From positions 1 through 51,095 of the forward strand of contig PABJ01000026.1 in assembly GCA_002699105.1 (NCBI GenBank): 51,095 bases of DNA, read 5' to 3'. The notes beneath the pieces were generated by a model. That model searched no databases. It was not told the origin of the DNA and was given only the letters and a program-made list of their open reading frames with translations. The stretch's first letter is position 1; each line of letters begins with the position of its first letter. Origin of the DNA: Ectothiorhodospiraceae bacterium. GTDB taxonomy: Bacteria > Bacteroidota > Ignavibacteria > SZUA-365 > GCA-2699105. Positions 33,470 through 40,951 of the stretch are shown here, in pieces. Position numbers and translations under genes: made by a program.

Positions 33470-33865
33470 ATGGCTGCCGCAATTGACATTGTAAAAGAGG
33501 CATACCAGGCATTCATGCGAAACGATATGGAAGGATTACTCGGGCAGATGTCCGGCGATATCGTCTGGCATGGGCACTTCCTCGGCGGTATTCCGATGAA
33601 CGGCACCTACCGCGGCAAGGACGGCGTCAAGCTCTGGCTCGGCAACCTGCGGGAGAGCATCGAGATGCTTGAATTCACGCCGGATACCTATCTGGGCGAT
33701 GAAGAAACCGTAGCCGTCACCGGAAGCGGACGCGCACGGGTCCGGCAGACGGCCGCGGAATACGAAAACGCCTGGGTCCACGTCTACAAGGTCAAAGACG
33801 GCAAGATTGTCTCCGGCGAACTATTTAACGATGTGCAGTCGATGAAGACCGCATTCAAACTTTAG
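33470..33865 (+). CDS. NTF2/SnoaL-like (ketosteroid-isomerase-like) protein
   Basis: I chose ATG 33470 behind AAGGGGG. The product is 131 aa and reads ..VKEAYQAFMRNDMEGLLGQMSGDIVWH...NAWVHVYKVKDGKIV.. It is a paralog of the next gene. Confidence 0.65.
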   Translation: MAAAIDIVKEAYQAFMRNDMEGLLGQMSGDIVWHGHFLGGIPMNGTYRGKDGVKLWLGNLRESIEMLEFTPDTYLGDEETVAVTGSGRARVRQTAAEYENAWVHVYKVKDGKIVSGELFNDVQSMKTAFKL

Positions 33866-33925
33866 GCATGCAGCCGCGGCAGGAGCTGCGGCTGTCACCT
33901 TTGCACCAAAGGAAAGGATGAGTCG

Positions 33926-34324
33926 ATGGCAACACCGCTCGAAACCGTTCAAAAAATGTATCAGGCATTCGGCACCGGCGATATGGAAACGTTCTTCGGC
34001 TATTTGCACGAGGACGTCGTCTGGGAATCGCGGTACCCTGAAGGCGTGCCGCTCGGCGGTTCGTTCCAGGGCCATACCGGCGTCGGCGAATTCCTCGGCA
34101 AGCTCGGAACCGTGCTCGAGATGCACGACTTCGCGCCCGTGAAGATGATCGGCGATGACGATACCGTCTTCAGCGCAGGCTACGAGGTTGTGACGCCGAA
34201 ATCGACAGGCAAGCAGTACCGCAACGAATGGGTGCACATGTTTTCGTTCAAGGACGGCAAGGTGACGCGCGTGCAGACGAGCAACGATGCCGCCGCTGCC
34301 GAGCAAGCGTTCAAGAGCGAATAA
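33926..34324 (+). CDS. NTF2/SnoaL-like (ketosteroid-isomerase-like) protein
   Basis: 132 aa, reading ..VQKMYQAFGTGDMETFFGYLHEDVVWE...NEWVHMFSFKDGKVTRV.. Confidence 0.65.
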   Translation: MATPLETVQKMYQAFGTGDMETFFGYLHEDVVWESRYPEGVPLGGSFQGHTGVGEFLGKLGTVLEMHDFAPVKMIGDDDTVFSAGYEVVTPKSTGKQYRNEWVHMFSFKDGKVTRVQTSNDAAAAEQAFKSE

Positions 34325-34382
34325 CCGGATAGCGAAACACGCAGATATACAAATCATCCGATAGAGAAGGACTTACATAGAT

Positions 34383-34955
34383 ATGGGCTTAGAAGGCAAA
34401 AAGGTCGCGATCCTGATGGAAGGCGACTACTACGAACCGGAAATATTCTATTACCAGCGCCGCTTTCTGGAGGAAGGCATCGACGCGCATTTCATGACGC
34501 GGCTCTGGGGCCAGCCGTCCCTCGAATTTCAGGGGCACGAATACAAGATTCCCTTCCACGTCGACAAGACGTTCGAAGGTATGTCCGACGATGACCTGCG
34601 CAGCTACAGCGCCGTGATCGTCCCGTCGGGCATGGTCTCCGACAGGCTGCGCTACACCGAAGACGTGAACCAGCTCCCGCCGGCGACAGAATTCCTCAAG
34701 CGCGCGTTCGCAGAGAAGAGTGTGCTGAAGGGCATTATCTGCCACGGGATGTGGCTCGTCGCTCCGGCGCCCGAGCTCGTGCGCGGCAGACCCGTCGTAG
34801 TGCATAACAACCTCCACGGCGACGCTGTGAACATGGGCGCGATCTACACGGATCAGGACGTCGTTGTGGACGACGATCTTGTCACCGGCCGCAGCGGCGG
34901 ACATTGCCATCTCTTCGCCCGCAAGATTATTGACATGATGTACGAGAGGGGGTAG
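34383..34955 (+). CDS. DJ-1/PfpI-family protein
   Basis: 190 aa. ..KKVAILMEGDY...YSAVIVPSG...LKGIICHGMWLVA.. contains the PfpI-type ICHG nucleophile elbow. Confidence 0.75.
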   Translation: MGLEGKKVAILMEGDYYEPEIFYYQRRFLEEGIDAHFMTRLWGQPSLEFQGHEYKIPFHVDKTFEGMSDDDLRSYSAVIVPSGMVSDRLRYTEDVNQLPPATEFLKRAFAEKSVLKGIICHGMWLVAPAPELVRGRPVVVHNNLHGDAVNMGAIYTDQDVVVDDDLVTGRSGGHCHLFARKIIDMMYERG

Positions 34956-34957
34956 CA

Positions 34958-35386
34958 ATGGGTAATCTGGTATTTCATCACATGGCAATCGCATGCAAGG
35001 ATCAGGATACGATCGAACGCTGGTACTGCAAGTACTTCGGCTTCGAGCGCGCACGCCTGATCGATCTCGGCGAGGAGAAGATCGTCTTCATCAAGAACGG
35101 CGATGCATATTTGGAACTCTTCGCCGCAAAGGAAGACCGGCCGTACCCCAGCCCCGTCGCCGACGGCGTGTGGTTCCCCGACTGGCGCCACATCGCATTC
35201 AAGGTCGATGACATCGATGCGAAGATCGCGGAGATGGGCGACGATGCGAACATCACGCAGGGTCCGATGGACTTCAGCGGCTTTATCCCCGGCTGGAAGA
35301 CCGTCTGGGTCGCCGATCCCGAAGGCAATATCGTGGAGATCAGCCAGGGCTACGTGGATCAGGATAATCCTCCTCCGCTCGACTAG
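34958..35386 (+). CDS. VOC / glyoxalase-bleomycin-resistance-fold protein
   Basis: 142 aa. ..FHHMAIACKD...YLELF...WRHIAFKVDDID...VADPEGNIVEI.. The start is 2 nt after the previous stop. Confidence 0.8.
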   Translation: MGNLVFHHMAIACKDQDTIERWYCKYFGFERARLIDLGEEKIVFIKNGDAYLELFAAKEDRPYPSPVADGVWFPDWRHIAFKVDDIDAKIAEMGDDANITQGPMDFSGFIPGWKTVWVADPEGNIVEISQGYVDQDNPPPLD

Positions 35387-35481
35387 CCTTCAGCCGGAGG
35401 GCTGCGCACAGCAGCCGGAAACATGGAGCATACAAGACATCATAACAATTAACATACAATCTCGACCCAGGAGGTATTTCT

Positions 35482-37308
35482 GTGAATCAATTTAACTTCA
35501 CGTTCTCCGATACCATCGGAGGATACGCAACATCGAATGTTGCCGACGACGGCACGTTTACCATGAAGACGTCCGACGGACGTGAATACAAAGTCAGGTT
35601 GAAAGGGAATTCGTACGCCCAAATGATTCGCAACCTGGGCGAACCGTACCACGACTGTACGGGCCAAATGCGCAGCATGATCGAACCGGACCGCCACTTG
35701 TACGTCTACGGGATTTTCTACCCGGAGGCCGGCGACGCCACGTTCGAAGCACAGTTTCTCCTCTTCGACGGACGCCGCACAGGCGAATTCGTCTTCGAAC
35801 GCCAGGACTGGTGGATTAACCAGATTCGGCAGCTCGGCGATTTCTACCTGAACGCGCAGTTCGGCGATCAGCCGGTGGACTACCGCAACTACCGCACGAC
35901 GATCTCGCTCACCGGCGAGCGCCCGCGCGATCACTTCCGTCAGGAAACAGATACGATCTCGCGCCTCGTGTACGGTTTCGCATCGGCATTCCTTCTCACC
36001 GGCGACGACCGCTACCTGGAGGGCGCCGAAAAGGGTACCGAGTACCTGCGCGATCACATGCGCTTCTACGATCTCGACGAAAACATTATCTACTGGTACC
36101 ACGGTATCGACGTACACGGTCAGCGCGAGGACAAGGTGTTCGCATCGGAGTTCGGCGACGACTTTAACGCTATTCCAGCATACGAGCAGATCTACGCCCT
36201 CGCCGGTCCTATCCAGACCTACCGCATCACCGGCGATCCCCGCATCCTGCAGGACGCAGAAATGACGGTGGATCTGTTCGATAAGTACTATCTCGATAAG
36301 GAAAAAGGCGGGTACTTCTCGCACCTCGATCCCATCACGCTCGATCCGCGCAGCGATGCGCTCGGCGAAAACAAGGGCAAGAAGAACTGGAACTCCGTCG
36401 GCGATCACGCTCCGGCATATCTGATCAACCTTTATCTCGCTACCGAGGACGAACGCTACGCGAAGTTCCTTGAGTACACGTTCGATACCATCGCGAAGTA
36501 CTTCCCCGACTACGACGAGAGTCCGTTTGTGCAGGAGAAGTTCTTCGAGGATTGGAGCCACGACCGCACCCACATGTGGCAGCAGAACCGCGGCGTTGTC
36601 GGGCATAACCTGAAGATCGCCTGGAACCTCATGCGCATGTACGGTCTTGAAACCAAGCCTGAGTACGAAGAGCTCGCCCGGAAGATCGCAGAGGTTATGC
36701 CGATGATCGGCGGCGACCGCCAGCGCCACGGCTGGTACGACGTCATGGAACGCGCCAAGCAGGACGGCGAAGACTGGTACCGGTATGCCTTCCATGATCG
36801 TAAGGCATGGTGGCAGCAGGAGCAGGGTATCCTCGCATACCTGATTCTCTGCGGCGTCCTCGGCGACGACGAATACCGCCGTATCGCGCGCGAGTCCTCA
36901 TCGTTCTACAACGCCTTCTTCCTCGATCACGACGACGGCGCGGTGTTCTTCAACGTGCTGGCAAACGGTATCCCGTATCTCATGGGCACCGAGCGCTTCA
37001 AGGGCAGCCACTCGATGAGCGGGTACCATTCGTTCGAACTCTGCTACCTCGCGCAGATATACACGAACCTCCTCATCACGAAACGTCCGCTGGATCTGTG
37101 GTTCAAGCCGCATCCGGGCGGGTTCTCGAACGGCAAGCTGTACGTCAGTCCGGACATCCTGCCGAAGGGCGCGATCAAGATTACCGAAGTCTGGATGGAC
37201 GAAGATCCGTACACGGCGTTCGACGCCGATGGGCTCACCGTCGATATCCCGGACGACGGCAAGCATCACAAATTCCAGGTCCGTGTGGCACCAGTCGACG
37301 CGAAATAA
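35482..37308 (+). CDS. N-acylglucosamine 2-epimerase (AGE) superfamily, (alpha/alpha)6-barrel protein with N- and C-terminal extensions
   Basis: 608 aa with a GTG start behind AGGAGG. ..ISRLVYGFASAFLLTGDDRYLEGAEKGTEYL...YEQIYALAGPIQTYRITGD...GDHAPAYLINLY...VVGHNLKIAWNLMRMY is the AGE/cellobiose-epimerase-like repeat pattern. Confidence 0.65.
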   Translation: MNQFNFTFSDTIGGYATSNVADDGTFTMKTSDGREYKVRLKGNSYAQMIRNLGEPYHDCTGQMRSMIEPDRHLYVYGIFYPEAGDATFEAQFLLFDGRRTGEFVFERQDWWINQIRQLGDFYLNAQFGDQPVDYRNYRTTISLTGERPRDHFRQETDTISRLVYGFASAFLLTGDDRYLEGAEKGTEYLRDHMRFYDLDENIIYWYHGIDVHGQREDKVFASEFGDDFNAIPAYEQIYALAGPIQTYRITGDPRILQDAEMTVDLFDKYYLDKEKGGYFSHLDPITLDPRSDALGENKGKKNWNSVGDHAPAYLINLYLATEDERYAKFLEYTFDTIAKYFPDYDESPFVQEKFFEDWSHDRTHMWQQNRGVVGHNLKIAWNLMRMYGLETKPEYEELARKIAEVMPMIGGDRQRHGWYDVMERAKQDGEDWYRYAFHDRKAWWQQEQGILAYLILCGVLGDDEYRRIARESSSFYNAFFLDHDDGAVFFNVLANGIPYLMGTERFKGSHSMSGYHSFELCYLAQIYTNLLITKRPLDLWFKPHPGGFSNGKLYVSPDILPKGAIKITEVWMDEDPYTAFDADGLTVDIPDDGKHHKFQVRVAPVDAK

Positions 37309-37323
37309 AACCAAGAAGGAATC

Positions 37324-37659
37324 ATGGAAGTTAACGTAACTACACAGGGTGATGTCACGATCGTCGATCTCTCCGGAGACATCGACGGCCGGACATCGCC
37401 CCAGGCGCAGTCGGTCATCTCGGCAAATCTGAGCGACGGCGTCAAACTGCTATTGAACATGACCCAGGTACCATATATGTCCAGCGCAGGCCTGCGGATG
37501 CTGCTGCTCGTCTACCGGCAGATCATCGCGAAGCAGGGCAAGGTTGTCCTTGTCGGGCTATCGGAAGATCTGCAGGACACGATGGCCGCCACCGGCTTTC
37601 TGGATCATTTCGATACGTTTGGCACTGTCGAAGACGGCATCACTCACTTAAACGCCTAG
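37324..37659 (+). CDS. STAS-domain anti-sigma-factor antagonist (SpoIIAA/RsbV-like)
   Basis: 111 aa. ..DVTIVDLSGDIDG...LLLNMTQVPYMSSAGLRMLL contains the conserved phospho-Ser context. Confidence 0.85.
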   Translation: MEVNVTTQGDVTIVDLSGDIDGRTSPQAQSVISANLSDGVKLLLNMTQVPYMSSAGLRMLLLVYRQIIAKQGKVVLVGLSEDLQDTMAATGFLDHFDTFGTVEDGITHLNA

Positions 37660-37670
37660 AGGACTGACTG

Positions 37671-39851
37671 ATGGAAATAGAACGCATAGATATCTACCCG
37701 ACGCACGAGCACCGGGGCTACAAACTGCGCCCCGGAAAGCCGTACCCGTTCGGCGCGACGATCGTCAACGGCGGCGTGAACTTCTCCGTGTTTTCCAAGC
37801 ACGCGAGCTACTGTACGCTGGTGCTGTTCGATAAAGGCGCCTCGGAGCCGAAGGTCGAAATCCCGTTCCGCGGCATGTTCGAACGGCCCGAAACCAAAGA
37901 ACCGTTCTGGGGCGACTTCCGGATCGGCGCGGTGTATTCCATGGTCGTCTTCGATCTCGATCCCGAAGAAATCGAGTACGGCTTCCGCATGGATGCACCC
38001 TACGACAGCGCCAAAAAAGGCGAGCCGGGATTCCACCGTTTCGATCACGGCAACATCCTCCTCGATCCCTATGCCAAGTCGATAGGCGGGCGCGAGGTCT
38101 GGGGCGAGCAGCCCGATTGGAACGATATCTATCAGCACCGCGCTCGGATCGTGCAGGACGACTTCGACTGGGAGGACGACCGCCCGCTCGAAATCCCGAT
38201 GGAAGACCTCGTGATCTACGAAGCCCATGTGCGCAGCTTTACGCGCCACGAAAGTTCAGGCGTTCGCTTCCCGGGCACCTTTGCCGGACTCAGGGAGAAG
38301 ATCCCGTACCTCAAAGAACTGGGTATCAACTGCCTGGAGCTTATGCCGATTTACGAGTTCGATGAATTCGAGAACAGCCGCGAAAGCCCCATCACCGGCG
38401 AAACGCTGATGAACTACTGGGGCTACAGTACGGTCGGATTCTTCGCGCCGAAGGCAGGCTTTGCCGCGATGGGCAAGAGCAAGGACGGCACCATGGTCGC
38501 CGACGAGCTCAAGAACCTCATCAAGGAGCTGCACCTCAACGGCATCGAGGTCATCCTCGACGTGGTGTTCAACCACACGGCGGAGGGGAACGAGTTCGGT
38601 CCGACGATCTCCTTCCGGGGCATCGATAACGTGACCTACTACATGCTCACGCCGGAGGGCTACTACTATAACTTCAGCGGAACGGGCAACACGCTGAACT
38701 GCAACAACCCCGTTGTGCGCGGCATCGTGCTGGACTGCCTGCGCTACTGGGCGTCGGAATTCCACATCGACGGCTTCCGCTTCGATCTTGCCGCCATCCT
38801 GGGCCGCGATCAGAACGGCGCGCCGCTCCCGAATCCGCCCCTGCTCGAAATCCTCGCCCACGATCCGATCCTTGCGAAGTGCAAGCTTATCGCCGAGGCA
38901 TGGGATGCAGGCGGGCTGTACCAGGTGGGTTCGTTCCCGGCATACGGACGCTGGGCGGAATGGAACGGCAAGTACCGCGATGCGATCCGCCAGTACCTGA
39001 AAGGCGACATGGGCCTTATCGGCGAGATGTCGCAGCGGCTGCAGGGCTCGCCCGATCTGTATTCCTCGCGCGGCACGACGGCATCGATCAACTTCATCAC
39101 GTGCCACGATGGGTTCACGCTCTACGATACCGTCTCCTATAACGATAAGCACAACGACGCCAACGGCGAGGGCGGCGCGGACGGCGCCAACGACAACAAC
39201 AGCTGGAACTGCGGCTGGGAAGGCGAGACCGACGACCCTGCGATAAACGCGCTGCGTAAAAAGCAGATTAAGAATGCGTTTGCCATGCTGCTCACCAGCC
39301 AGGGCGTCCCCATGATGCTCATGGGCGATGAGGTCGCACGGACGAAATACGGCAACAACAACACCTACTGCCAGGATAACGATCTGAACTGGCTGGATTG
39401 GGAGAAATTCAAAAAGCACGAAGACCTCTACCGCTTCGTCCGTAACTGTATCGCCTTCCGGCACGAGCACTACGTGCTGCGAAATCGTTGGCATCTGCGG
39501 AACGAAGACTACGTCGGCAGCGGTTATCCTGATATAAGCTGGCACGGTACTACTCCATGGCAACCTGACTGGGACGGCACCAGCAGGCTTCTTGCCTTCA
39601 TGCTCTGCGGCAAGCACGCCCGCGGCGGTACCGAAGTGGATAACTACATCTACGTGGCAACCAACATGCACTGGGAAGGCCATGAATTCGGGCTCCCCAT
39701 GCTCCCCGACGGGATGCAGTGGCATGTCTTTGCGAACACCGGCATGCCGTCGCCCGACGATATCGCATCGCCTGGGCATGAGCCCCGCCTCGAAGACCAG
39801 TCGCGGTTCTTCGTCGGCGATCGCTCGGTTGTTATTCTTGTCGGTAAATAG
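37671..39851 (+). CDS. glgX: Glycogen debranching enzyme GlgX (GH13 isoamylase type)
   Basis: 726 aa. GH13 regions present are NYWGYSTVGFFAP, DVVFNHTAEG, GFRFDLAAILGRD, IAEAWDAGG and FITCHDGFTLYD. Confidence 0.9.
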   Translation: MEIERIDIYPTHEHRGYKLRPGKPYPFGATIVNGGVNFSVFSKHASYCTLVLFDKGASEPKVEIPFRGMFERPETKEPFWGDFRIGAVYSMVVFDLDPEEIEYGFRMDAPYDSAKKGEPGFHRFDHGNILLDPYAKSIGGREVWGEQPDWNDIYQHRARIVQDDFDWEDDRPLEIPMEDLVIYEAHVRSFTRHESSGVRFPGTFAGLREKIPYLKELGINCLELMPIYEFDEFENSRESPITGETLMNYWGYSTVGFFAPKAGFAAMGKSKDGTMVADELKNLIKELHLNGIEVILDVVFNHTAEGNEFGPTISFRGIDNVTYYMLTPEGYYYNFSGTGNTLNCNNPVVRGIVLDCLRYWASEFHIDGFRFDLAAILGRDQNGAPLPNPPLLEILAHDPILAKCKLIAEAWDAGGLYQVGSFPAYGRWAEWNGKYRDAIRQYLKGDMGLIGEMSQRLQGSPDLYSSRGTTASINFITCHDGFTLYDTVSYNDKHNDANGEGGADGANDNNSWNCGWEGETDDPAINALRKKQIKNAFAMLLTSQGVPMMLMGDEVARTKYGNNNTYCQDNDLNWLDWEKFKKHEDLYRFVRNCIAFRHEHYVLRNRWHLRNEDYVGSGYPDISWHGTTPWQPDWDGTSRLLAFMLCGKHARGGTEVDNYIYVATNMHWEGHEFGLPMLPDGMQWHVFANTGMPSPDDIASPGHEPRLEDQSRFFVGDRSVVILVGK

Positions 39852-39892
39852 GAACTACTATACAACAAGTTTGAGTCAGAAGGAGAACGTAC

Positions 39893-40210
39893 ATGGCGTT
39901 TGAAGCACATTTGGAAATGGACGGGCAGGTTGCAAAGATCTTCCTCAAGGGGCAGCTCGATGCGAACGCTGCGCCCGAATTCAGAGACGAAGTGGAAAAA
40001 GCCGCAGGCAACAACCCGACCCGCCTCGCATTGATGCTCCACGATTTGGAGTATATCGCCAGCGCGGGGATTCGCGTCCTGATCTTCGCAAAGCAGAAGA
40101 TGGGCGGCGGCGTGGATGTTGTCGCCGTATCGCCGCAGGAGCAGATCGTCGAAACACTGGAAATGACCGGCCTGACCCACAGCATCGAGATTATCGAGAC
40201 GCTCGACTAA
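39893..40210 (+). CDS. STAS-domain anti-sigma-factor antagonist, second copy
   Basis: 105 aa. ..VAKIFLKGQLDA...LMLHDLEYIASAGIRVLI contains the conserved Ser. Confidence 0.8.
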   Translation: MAFEAHLEMDGQVAKIFLKGQLDANAAPEFRDEVEKAAGNNPTRLALMLHDLEYIASAGIRVLIFAKQKMGGGVDVVAVSPQEQIVETLEMTGLTHSIEIIETLD

Positions 40211-40288
40211 CGCAACGCTGATTGCAGGCTAGCCCTACGCATCACGCACGAACGAGAAGTATTACAGACTAACTTTCGGAAGAGCATC

Positions 40289-40699
40289 GTGAAGACACTA
40301 ACCGTACCGGGAACACTGGAAGCACTCGACGAGATCGGTGAATTTGTCATGGATTTCGGGCAGGGCGCTGGATTGGAAAAAAAGAAAATCTACAGGCTCC
40401 GCCTTGCCGTCGATGAGATATCCACAAACGTCATCCTCCACGGCTATAAAGAGGCCGGGATCGACGGGAAACTGACGTTCGAGGCCGAGGAAACCGGCGA
40501 GGACATCACCATACGCCTCTTCGATACCGGCGTGGAGTACGATCCCAACGAAAAAGCCAACCCGGAAAGTCTGAACAAACCCCTCGAAGAGCGTCCCATC
40601 GGCGGACTCGGCGTCTTCCTCTCGATCCAGAGCGTGGACAAATTCCTCTACGAGCGCAAGGACGGCAAGAACATCCATACCTTCGTCGTCAGGAAATAG
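40289..40699 (+). CDS. RsbW/SpoIIAB-like anti-sigma serine kinase (HATPase_c)
   Basis: 136 aa with a GTG start. The N-box is EISTNVILHG, the G1 box is LFDTGVEYD and the G2 box is GGLGVFL. Confidence 0.8.
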   Translation: MKTLTVPGTLEALDEIGEFVMDFGQGAGLEKKKIYRLRLAVDEISTNVILHGYKEAGIDGKLTFEAEETGEDITIRLFDTGVEYDPNEKANPESLNKPLEERPIGGLGVFLSIQSVDKFLYERKDGKNIHTFVVRK

Positions 40700-40724
40700 C
40701 AGCCCGTGCATCGCAGATCTTTCG

Positions 40725-40751
40725 CAGCCCGCTTCGGCGGGCTGTTTGCGT
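40725..40751 (+). terminator. Intrinsic terminator of the kinase operon
   Basis: CAGCCCGC ttcg GCGGGCTG is an 8-bp stem followed by TTTGCGTT. Confidence 0.7.
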
Positions 40752-40771
40752 TGGAGGGGGATTATCTTCGC

Positions 40772-40825
40772 TATTTTAGAAAAAGCCCTTAACCTAAAAT
40801 AACGCTGTTTGTTATTTTAGGATGA
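40772..40825 (+). repeat. Fic-leader core, orphan upstream copy (U1)
   Basis: The sequence is TATTTTAGaaaaagcccttaacCTAAAATAACgctgtttGTTATTTTAGGATGA. It contains three TATTTTAG-type arms: direct, inverted, direct. Confidence 0.8.
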
Positions 40826-40836
40826 AACTACCCGCT

Positions 40837-40854
40837 GGCCCGCTTCGGCGGGCC
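40837..40854 (+). terminator. Second copy of the GC hairpin (part of the ~112-bp duplication)
   Basis: GGCCCGC ttcg GCGGGCC has no U-tract after it. Confidence 0.35.
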
Positions 40855-40890
40855 GATTGGGGAGGCGATTGTAATTCTCCGGATTATCAT

Positions 40891-40944
40891 TATTTTAGGA
40901 AAGGCCGTTAAGCTAAAATAACGGTGACTGCTATTTTAGGATGA
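40891..40944 (+). repeat. Fic-leader core, gene-proximal copy (U2)
   Basis: TATTTTAGgaaaggccgttaagCTAAAATAACggtgactGCTATTTTAGGATGA lies directly before the Fic start region. Confidence 0.8.
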
Positions 40945-40951
40945 TTTGATA

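Noticed and set aside
5289-39779. Very long ORFs antisense to recognised genes: 5289-6347 (+), 21923-23098 (-), 26493-27800 (-), 28616-30259 (-), 31989-33422 (-), 35449-36795 (-) and 38256-39779 (-). Many shorter ones follow the same pattern.
   Set aside because: Each lies opposite a gene with clear family motifs (iorA, porins, NmrA, GMC, AGE, GlgX). Their translations are Arg/Ala/Gly/His-rich low-complexity sequence with no motifs. This is typical of shadow ORFs in GC-rich, GC3-biased coding DNA.
40822-40911. 29-codon ORF (MKLPAGPLRRADWGGDCNSPDYHYFRKGR) opened by the ATG of the orphan leader copy U1.
   Set aside because: It reads straight through a hairpin and the second leader copy. It is most simply a by-product of the duplication.
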